Source: a virus | Taxonomy: Duplodnaviria; Caudoviricetes | Reading direction: 5' to 3' (one strand) | Length of the DNA: 64,000 nucleotides | Virus record (IMG/VR): IMGVR_UViG_3300024346_000004 | In this document: piece by piece, positions 57,801-64,000 of the stretch | Position numbering within the stretch: position 1 is the stretch's first letter | Layout: each line of letters starts with the position of its first letter | The notes under the pieces: generated by a model | What the model was told of the DNA's origin: nothing | What the model saw: the letters and a program-made list of their open reading frames with translations, nothing else | Database searches by the model: none | Program-made: the position numbers and the translations under genes

Positions 57801-58549
57801 AAACTTCATCATCATTAATTTTCTTCAGTAAGATTGAAGTGCAAGAACCTAGATTAGCAAAAGAATTTGATAAACATTTTGAATTTTCTGATAAACCGGA
57901 TTTTCATGATCATTTAGGTATGGATGAAAATGATAGATTATTAAAAATGTATCAAAATATAGAAATATTATACAAACATAGAACTAACTTTCCTCAGCCA
58001 GAGTGGTCAGATATTGAAGAAGAATATTACGGATATACAGCTAGATTCTTACACAGAAATGACACAAGAGGTATGTTTATAGGAAATTATGCTGGATGCT
58101 GTCAACATCCAGATAGTTATGCTGCAACTCTTGCATTAGATGGTCAAATATCAGATAAATCTTCGTTCTTTATAATAGAAGATCAAAAAGGTCAAATGAT
58201 CCTGGGTAGTTATGTTTGGGAAGATGATAACGGCAATATCTGTTTTGATAGTTTTGAAACAATTGGAAGCAAATTATTCGGTAGCGTAGAAGCACAAACA
58301 ATAGTTGACAAACTTATTTATGATGTAGCAAAAAAAATGAACACTAATGTTAATTTTGGTTCTCAATCTAGCGGTGCATATAGACCAAGACAATTTAAGA
58401 AAGACACAAAAACACCATTTAAGAATAACGCTAGACCATGGGAAAATCCATACGTAAAAACTATATTAGATTTAAATTCAAAACAAATTAATACTAAGGA
58501 CTTGTATGTAGCTGATTCTGAAAGCCAAATAATTATTATTCAACGATAA
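54803..58549 (+). CDS. large long-leader protein with C-terminal GxxxxCCQH (PcfJ/GNAT-like) domain
   Basis: Leader IKIANMYDSIGDYSYSDKFDRYANLMLKIAQ; C-terminus RFL.RND.RG.FIG.Y.GCCQH...FFII...SYVW...FDSFE; start ATG 54803. Confidence 0.65.
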   Translation: MSQIKFVNTSSIVSIKIANMYDSIGDYSYSDKFDRYANLMLKIAQQEQNEETEDIIEETPENEHAQYIVDHPLADEQSSKLKSQISEQDHDLFDEFYNAWSSGNTINESIKQLYDRVNKPENKSLGNYLRVIVENVIQAFYKIPDSSLYEFTDQFLKGNLKFAEDELLLSLRYSKPEQIIRFDKQYKIDSAVKYLPDGHAKKLFSEYLYYHSNPENLGQIFNDLMNLYDLADYFENSSELQAYLNDASAFDSKIPEMNKEEIVNFKKAGLSFLPGKNNYQEQLNIRCQDNKIYYFIKNIIFFRGIQEPVQISNNVLERLTAHYSPEQVRVIFDNIKSLMRDSDAEHIIRINTILPFDQAIAKYKELQHDGTELNLYYKQVLGKDYELFNLEPDQVNQTLYLVLIEADKEKAEIYIGSLSDLLNNYVRSAITKSNAKYFLDYITQFDRDYVQQYLKTYYLSTYIKFRPDRLQEIHPIEILKHNNPDIVLAYHKSNPEFSSLSVDDIEKYSEFYKNNSNAVDIPYKDLEPHIANKNVQNYILFGSTDPNKAKIADKIYKANSYRSREIAARFKDSDIIDISKIGLLNISNPRFAHLSLTELNLLSDKVNHFETLERIKLVKDSFKNPRNTAYHNFEEGSADYNKLLYILFHNYDLRGRNPQLLIKLLDLHAKDEMITELGLDDVNHMIRNRVACDLPNINVSDAKIHVRNRKTIIHDIEVKVYNKYHTAIKAQNTEIAKYPINQILDFVTKYDNALNTDEDAESYLPKGVTANQAGDALQAINDGHGLLIYLNRESMIKFYKLIMDKIIGINPDYSDSTTKLMPIYAATAATADINYYLPDVITEDFIKEITSTQIPNKLNIDFSKAEVRLNSNTQLEYVNESMALLRLFNKSLPNFLDKFIIASGKDYGKIFKFSEMDDYVQSIVIHSAAQKFDKIDPGPGLSDYIIQQMNNKNLFQLAKVARMWNKEINIADEKMSIASKSLVSELSKMYDVSELSDLIKTSSSLIFFSKIEVQEPRLAKEFDKHFEFSDKPDFHDHLGMDENDRLLKMYQNIEILYKHRTNFPQPEWSDIEEEYYGYTARFLHRNDTRGMFIGNYAGCCQHPDSYAATLALDGQISDKSSFFIIEDQKGQMILGSYVWEDDNGNICFDSFETIGSKLFGSVEAQTIVDKLIYDVAKKMNTNVNFGSQSSGAYRPRQFKKDTKTPFKNNARPWENPYVKTILDLNSKQINTKDLYVADSESQIIIIQR

Positions 58550-58814
58550 TACATTCTGCTTCATCATGTCTTAAAATAATGTAATATCCTCTGATAAGTA
58601 TTTCTATCGGGCCTTTATTATTTATATGTCTCACTATCATAACTATGGTATTTTTAGTAAATCCAAGTTCAGACAATCTATTTCTAAAAGGCCCAACAAC
58701 AGACGTTACTTTATATTCATGACCATCTGTCCCGCAGCATAATTTTGTAGACATATTAGTATATTCTATTTTATTGTGAGCTGTAGACGGTTTAGCAAGA
58801 AGAAAATCAAACAC
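58536..58814 (-). CDS. feoA: FeoA-family SH3-like protein
   Basis: RNRLSELGF.....V......GPIEI.IRG..I.LR..EA..I.V; true start is probably the internal Met (MSTKL). Confidence 0.8.
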   Translation of the reverse strand: MFDFLLAKPSTAHNKIEYTNMSTKLCCGTDGHEYKVTSVVGPFRNRLSELGFTKNTIVMIVRHINNKGPIEILIRGYYIILRHDEAECIIVE

Positions 58815-58862
58815 AGGTCTATAATATCATAATCCTGTAAAATATAGTAGGACAAAACAATT

Positions 58863-61376
58863 ATGTGGTATCAAAAAATAGTAGAAGCTGGTGCGTTAGA
58901 TGAGTTGGCTGGTGGAATGGATACTAGTAAATCACCAGAAGATATATTATGGGAAATACGACATAATTATTCTATTTCAAAATTACCAAATTTTGAACAT
59001 CTTTATAAATATCTTCTTGACTTGATTGACAACAAGTATACGAGTGATTATTTAACATCTGTTATAACACACTTGATTTATATGTATTCGAAAGATGCTG
59101 AAACTGTACATAGAGCTAATAGATTAGTTCCGTTAATGATAAAGAATAATAAAATTTCTCAAAACGAAGAAATGATGTTATTGCCTGACACTTTCTCACA
59201 TATGGGTAGTACATTAGAGACACATAACACTGTATATAATTTCGGATATAATAAACTCTTAGCATACACAAAAGAAGGCATTGATCTTCCAAAGCGTGTT
59301 CGTATATATATAATGATGAATATGGACACACTATCTAGTTCAAGCATGCAACAGAGTGAAGCAAGAACAGAAATTAAAAAATATATTACGGATAAAGATC
59401 CTATGTATGAATTTCTTAATGCTGATAAATATTCTGGAGAACAAATACTTAAAAATATTATTGATAACATACAATCAGATGCTGGTAGGCAACTTTATTA
59501 TGATGTTGTCCAATATTCTGGATTACCTATTGACGATTATTTATATTTATTAGATGAAGCTCACAATGAAAGAGTAATGGATGATCTACCCAAAGTTTAT
59601 GATCTTTTAATAAATGATCAAAAATTTGATAAATATATAGAATATTTAGATAAAAATAAAAATAAATTTAGTCCAGAGCATTTTGAAAATAGATTCGTTG
59701 GTGCTTTCAAATACGGAATGACTTATTTTATGGGTGATTTTTGGTATGAAATATTTAAAAACAATAGACAAATTATAAATGAAAAAATTTATCCTTCTTG
59801 TGAATATTATTACAAACCTTATTTACACAGATTAGGTGTTGGACCGAAAGAAGAAATAATCAAAGAATACATAAAAGCTTCATTGGAAAATAAAGATTTA
59901 GCAAATAGGAAATTTAAAGAAATACCCACAAAAGAAGAAATTGATGCTTATGTGCAAAAAAACTCTGAAAAACTTAATTCATATCAGTCTCAACGAGCTC
60001 AAAATACACAAACTCAAAATACAACACCACAAAGTGCTAATTCTCCTATACTCGATATATTTCAAAAAAATCTACAAAATGGATATATTGAAAAACATGA
60101 TATTACTGGAGAATATGAAAAATTACTAAATGATATTCTAAATTCATTTGGATTCAATTCAGATGATCAAAATATCATAAGTGATATTAAATCAAGATTA
60201 AAGATTTATGTATTTAAAAATTCTGAATTTTATAAAGATTTATTAAATACATCACTTCAAGAATATGGTTTTATCACACCTACATTAATGAACTCTTGTG
60301 GATATTTTGTTCCTAGATTTTCGGATAACAATAATGGTCCTTCAATATTTATCAACGAATTTATATCTGAAGACTATGTAAATAGTGACAATATTATTAA
60401 CAATCTTGGAATAACCAAAGACATGATTAATATGTCTACAGCTGCTCATGAATTAGCCCATTTAGCAGATTATGTTATCAAAGGCGGATCAGAAGTATTC
60501 AGTAATGTAGATCCTAAAACATCCTTAAAAGAAGGCGAAGCATACAATCAATCTAGATTGTATTTATCAGACATTAGAGAAATTGTTGCAAGAGTATATG
60601 GAAATACTTCTTATATGATTGAAATTCTGCATAAAAGAATTGAAGAAATGAGAACATCGGAAATCATTAGAAAAGCTGTTGTAGAAGAATTATCAGATAT
60701 GCTGATGAGTAATGAAGCAAGCTGGTTGAATGCTACTCCTATGGTATCTGAACAAAAACTTCAAGAATGGGCAGAAAAAAGATTTGGACCTTATGAAAAT
60801 TCTGAACAACCTTATACCCAAGCTACTGAAGATTACCTAAAACAAAAACAACTAGCAATTAAATTTTATGAAGAAGCTGGTAAGGTCAATCGAGAAGACA
60901 TAAAAAAAGCTACTATCGAAGAAATACAATCATTAGAAGATCAAGCTGAAATATTAAAAACAAGAGTAAGTGAAGATAGCGAAGAATATAAAAAACTTCA
61001 AGAAGACATCAAAAAGTTAAAATTAAAAATCAGAAATATTGAAGCGGGTGCATTTGATCATGATATTTATACTATCGTTAAATCTGTAGCGTCTTATATA
61101 GCATTTAAAGATATCAAAATAACTAATGAAATAGCTGCTGATCCTAATTATGTTTCTCCAATATCAATTAGAAAAGACCAGATGGCCGCAAATACAACGG
61201 GAGATACAACACCACTTTCAAATCAAGAACTTAAAACTATGAGAGATTTTGATTTAGGACAGGTCGCTCAAGGTACAGAAGGTGGTAAAACTTTAAAAGA
61301 ACCTAAACCTTCATTTATGTCATATGATATCTATAATCCTAAATGGAGAGAAGAATATCCAGACACATTCAAATAA
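58863..61376 (+). CDS. MWY-leader large protein with zincin metallopeptidase (HExxH) domain
   Basis: MWYQKIVEA; GYF...IFIN...TAAHELAHLADY...Y...EIVAR. Confidence 0.7.
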   Translation: MWYQKIVEAGALDELAGGMDTSKSPEDILWEIRHNYSISKLPNFEHLYKYLLDLIDNKYTSDYLTSVITHLIYMYSKDAETVHRANRLVPLMIKNNKISQNEEMMLLPDTFSHMGSTLETHNTVYNFGYNKLLAYTKEGIDLPKRVRIYIMMNMDTLSSSSMQQSEARTEIKKYITDKDPMYEFLNADKYSGEQILKNIIDNIQSDAGRQLYYDVVQYSGLPIDDYLYLLDEAHNERVMDDLPKVYDLLINDQKFDKYIEYLDKNKNKFSPEHFENRFVGAFKYGMTYFMGDFWYEIFKNNRQIINEKIYPSCEYYYKPYLHRLGVGPKEEIIKEYIKASLENKDLANRKFKEIPTKEEIDAYVQKNSEKLNSYQSQRAQNTQTQNTTPQSANSPILDIFQKNLQNGYIEKHDITGEYEKLLNDILNSFGFNSDDQNIISDIKSRLKIYVFKNSEFYKDLLNTSLQEYGFITPTLMNSCGYFVPRFSDNNNGPSIFINEFISEDYVNSDNIINNLGITKDMINMSTAAHELAHLADYVIKGGSEVFSNVDPKTSLKEGEAYNQSRLYLSDIREIVARVYGNTSYMIEILHKRIEEMRTSEIIRKAVVEELSDMLMSNEASWLNATPMVSEQKLQEWAEKRFGPYENSEQPYTQATEDYLKQKQLAIKFYEEAGKVNREDIKKATIEEIQSLEDQAEILKTRVSEDSEEYKKLQEDIKKLKLKIRNIEAGAFDHDIYTIVKSVASYIAFKDIKITNEIAADPNYVSPISIRKDQMAANTTGDTTPLSNQELKTMRDFDLGQVAQGTEGGKTLKEPKPSFMSYDIYNPKWREEYPDTFK

Positions 61377-61379
61377 ATA

Positions 61380-61405
61380 AAAGCCAGAGAATATTCTCTG
61401 GCTTT
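61380..61405. terminator. bidirectional intrinsic terminator
   Basis: aaagccagagaa-ta-ttctctggcttt. Confidence 0.8.
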
Positions 61406-61409
61406 CTTA

Positions 61410-61664
61410 TTATTCGTCAAATATTATCCAATCATCATTAACAATATCTTGAAGGTATGGACAATAAGCTTCAATACCATCCTGAAGATTGATTAAGAAA
61501 AATGTAGCATAATCAATCTCACTGGTATCTACAATAGTTTCATCAAATTCACCCTCATCATCTTGTTTTGTATTACCTAAAGCAATCCAAGATACTTCAT
61601 CCCAGCAAGTTCTACGAGCTTTGTATCCTTGCTTCAAATATTTAAGAGTCTGCACAAATTTCAT
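61410..61664 (-). CDS. DUF2829/Tad2-like anti-defence nucleotide-sponge protein
   Basis: MKF...L..LKQG.KARR..W...Y.P...DI..DDW family pattern; SD GAGGTG. Confidence 0.7.
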   Translation of the reverse strand: MKFVQTLKYLKQGYKARRTCWDEVSWIALGNTKQDDEGEFDETIVDTSEIDYATFFLINLQDGIEAYCPYLQDIVNDDWIIFDE

Positions 61665-61732
61665 ATCTCACCTCTATGTATCTATTATATCATAGAAAGG
61701 TCATAAATGATTATATCTGTAAAAAAAGAACT

Positions 61733-62296
61733 ATGTGGTACAGATACGCAGCAATTACAATTAACAATAAAGAAATTCCAGAAGAAGATTTTTTTAATTC
61801 TTTTTCCAATGTTGCTTCTAATGAAAATGAACAACACTTCTGGATAGTAAATGGTGAGAAATATGCACCACCTAAAAATTATGGTCATCAACATACTTCA
61901 ATGATGTTAAAATTAAAACATGGAATGATGCCAGGTGATGCAGATTTTGAAGAACATCCTATTGAATTTGTAGGGAGAGGCTTAGGACAATTTGCTCAAG
62001 GCGGAACAGTCAGAGTTACTAAAATGATAGATATGGCTGACATAACTATCTATGGCCCAACAAATGATCTCACCCTAAATAATATTATAAAATTTGTTAC
62101 TCCAGATTCAATCAACAAATGGGAAATATTAAATGTACCTAATAATCCGCATGGCAGAGGCTTTGATTCCTTAAAACAATCTATAAACAATCTCTCATTA
62201 CAAAATACCACAAATGTAAAAGAAGATATTAATATTGCCCCTATACAAAGAGTTGATAATACACAATCTTTCTATAAAGGAAGATCAGGAGACTAA
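61733..62296 (+). CDS. MWY-leader hypothetical protein
   Basis: Start inferred at ATG 61733 (MWYRYAA); AGG 35 nt upstream. Confidence 0.7.
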   Translation: MWYRYAAITINNKEIPEEDFFNSFSNVASNENEQHFWIVNGEKYAPPKNYGHQHTSMMLKLKHGMMPGDADFEEHPIEFVGRGLGQFAQGGTVRVTKMIDMADITIYGPTNDLTLNNIIKFVTPDSINKWEILNVPNNPHGRGFDSLKQSINNLSLQNTTNVKEDINIAPIQRVDNTQSFYKGRSGD

Positions 62297-62299
62297 GAT

Positions 62300-62998
62300 A
62301 TGTGGTACAGGACAGCAATTGATTTTGGAAAATTATTTGGTATTGAACAACCACAACAAACAAATACTCCTGAACCTATGGAAAAACCCGGAGTGCCTGA
62401 TGATGTTTTTAGAGAAGTGGTGAGATCAAATATCCCTGATCCAGTAAATCAAATAGATCATTCCAAAGGCGATTATCATTTAATTCTCACTGGAACTGGA
62501 GCTATTCATCAAGGTTCAAGCCATAGCAACTATATAGATAAAATATTAGATCAATCTCGTAAAAGTCTTCGTAATAATCCAGAAATATCAGAAAAATATA
62601 ATATCAGAAACTTGCCAGACAAAGCTTATGGTCCAATGGATTATGCAGAAAGAATAAATTTTGATTCTGGACCTGATCAACCTTTTTTAGCACAAGAAGA
62701 TGCTGTCACTGAAATTCTACATGATTATTTTGACAAAGGTATAAGAATCAGTCACATGGGTTCAATGATGTCTGTAAATTCTGTACACGTTCCAACATAT
62801 ACACAAATGCAAAAGTTATTTGAAATTATTAATTTAATACAACCCGCAAATATAAGATTTAAAATTAATACTGGAAAAGGTTTGTTTGATAGAGTATATA
62901 ATGTAAATAAAGTTGCTGATTTTAAAAATGACATTAAAGATTTTGAAATGAATAGAAAAAAAATACCATCTCTTATGAGTCAATGGAGAGATTATTAA
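62300..62998 (+). CDS. MWY-leader hypothetical protein
   Basis: MWYRTAI; weak similarity to the previous gene (H...G.[VI]R[VI] pattern). Confidence 0.7.
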   Translation: MWYRTAIDFGKLFGIEQPQQTNTPEPMEKPGVPDDVFREVVRSNIPDPVNQIDHSKGDYHLILTGTGAIHQGSSHSNYIDKILDQSRKSLRNNPEISEKYNIRNLPDKAYGPMDYAERINFDSGPDQPFLAQEDAVTEILHDYFDKGIRISHMGSMMSVNSVHVPTYTQMQKLFEIINLIQPANIRFKINTGKGLFDRVYNVNKVADFKNDIKDFEMNRKKIPSLMSQWRDY

Positions 62999-62999
62999 T

Positions 63000-63359
63000 A
63001 TGTGGTATAGAATATCAGCAGACAATATAGATATCAAAAAAACATGGACAAAAACATCAAATAACCAAGAATCAAATGAAGAATGGCTAGAAAGACATAA
63101 AGTAGATAGAGAAGGCGATAAATACGTTTTTTATCATGGCTCTAGATTAGACTTAGAAGAGCTTAGATCAGGCTCTTTATTAGCTACATCTCCACAAGAA
63201 GCTGAAGATTTTGGTAATACTAACTTTTGGAATGATAAAAGAAAAACATTCAAAGTATATAAAGTAGTAGTAAATGCGGATGAAATACACCCAGGATATT
63301 GGGCTAGTCTTGTAAATGATCATCCAGTAGAAATATTATATAAGAAAAGAAATATATAA
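63000..63359 (+). CDS. MWY-leader protein, ADP-ribosyltransferase-like fold
   Basis: MWYRISA; VFYHGS...LATS...A..F...VYKV.V....I. Confidence 0.5.
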   Translation: MWYRISADNIDIKKTWTKTSNNQESNEEWLERHKVDREGDKYVFYHGSRLDLEELRSGSLLATSPQEAEDFGNTNFWNDKRKTFKVYKVVVNADEIHPGYWASLVNDHPVEILYKKRNI

Positions 63360-63360
63360 A

Positions 63361-63588
63361 ATGTGGTATTCATTAGCTGCTAGAACTAAAACATATATCT
63401 ACAATGAAGAAGAAAAAACATTGGCTGAACATTTAGAAGATATATTCCCTTATGCAAATTCGGTAGATATATATTATCTTAAATCAAATGTTCAAAAATT
63501 AGCTATGAATGATGAAGATGTAATTAGAATACTCAGAAAAGCAGATTACGGAGATATTTTTCCTACATATCAAAAAAGATGTAGATAG
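63361..63588 (+). CDS. MWY-leader small protein
   Basis: MWYSLAA. Confidence 0.65.
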   Translation: MWYSLAARTKTYIYNEEEKTLAEHLEDIFPYANSVDIYYLKSNVQKLAMNDEDVIRILRKADYGDIFPTYQKRCR

Positions 63589-63591
63589 TAT

Positions 63592-63990
63592 TTACCACCA
63601 AAGTTCAAACCATAATTTAGAAAGATAGTCTACTGCTTTTCTAACATCATCAGTAAGTTGCTTTCTTTCTTCAATATCAGTAGATTCATAATATTTATTA
63701 GTAGTATAATAGTTTTCAAAAGCACTAATGATGAAATTTAGTTTTTCATTATAAGATTCTACTGTCTCACCAGTAGGGATACCATTATTAACTTCAATAA
63801 ATCTCTTGAGTCTAGGAATAATAAATAATGCCATAGTGCGGTCAATATGCCACGTTTCAGTGTCGTCAAAACCATTCTCAAATCTTTGTTGCTTGTACAT
63901 TTCAAGTGTTGTAGGGTCCTTGCCATAACATTCTTCTGCAACACTGAAATTAATATTCTTAAGACCCTCTGGCTTTATAGATAATTGCAA
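63592..63990 (-). CDS. hypothetical phage protein (start uncertain, may lie beyond the window)
   Basis: GFDD.ETW.ID..MA.FI.PRLK.F...WF.LWW pattern seen in large phages. Confidence 0.6.
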   Translation of the reverse strand: MQLSIKPEGLKNINFSVAEECYGKDPTTLEMYKQQRFENGFDDTETWHIDRTMALFIIPRLKRFIEVNNGIPTGETVESYNEKLNFIISAFENYYTTNKYYESTDIEERKQLTDDVRKAVDYLSKLWFELWW

Positions 63991-64000
63991 GTAGTCTTTT

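Noticed and set aside
1-64000. Genome-wide stop-codon recoding (TGA or TAG)
   Set aside because: Genes are full-length under code 11, and both TGA (ATGA overlaps) and TAG end genes at sensible boundaries. Only one interrupted case (12115) was seen.
1-64000. CRISPR array, tRNA or rRNA genes
   Set aside because: No regularly spaced repeats, cloverleaf/T-loop signatures or rRNA motifs were seen by eye; a tRNAscan run would be more sensitive.
1-64000. Bacterial chromosome origin
   Set aside because: Housekeeping genes are isolated from their normal operon partners (nusG without secE/rplK, ruvB without ruvA, feoA without feoB) and are mixed with phage-type genes.

Overview
This window looks like part of an AT-rich (roughly 30% GC by eye) jumbo/huge bacteriophage genome: tightly packed, frequently strand-switching genes; isolated host-like genes (trxB, Mn-SOD, HesB/IscA, groEL, dinB, ruvB, nusG, ThyX-like, feoA, a sigma-70-family factor, glycosyl- and methyltransferases); a GIY-YIG homing endonuclease; lysins; and three beta-helix tailspike-like genes. 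No rRNA, tRNA or CRISPR array was seen. Three things stand out. (1) At least 17 otherwise unrelated proteins begin with one of two shared N-terminal leaders: a 29-39 aa 'L[DE]xxGx[YFH]xxA[DN]...[KR]-hydrophobic-[AS]' helical leader or a short 'MWY[KR]x[AS]' leader. Both usually end at a similar K/R-x-A/S site. (2) Many of these genes and the tailspike-like genes share a non-sigma70 promoter-like motif, AGG-N17-19-AGAA, that usually starts 33-36 nt before the ATG. Together (1) and (2) suggest a late-expressed, protease-processed virion cargo-targeting system carrying putative effectors (metallopeptidase, ART-like, GNAT-like, lysozyme, possibly SOD). (3) An ORF-poor region of about 740 nt (9301-10050, minus strand) has its own -10 box, a boxA-like leader, many perfect helices, GNRA loops, a candidate pseudoknot and a terminator, consistent with a large structured ncRNA of the GOLLD/ROOL size class. 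All family assignments come from motif recognition by eye, not from database searches.
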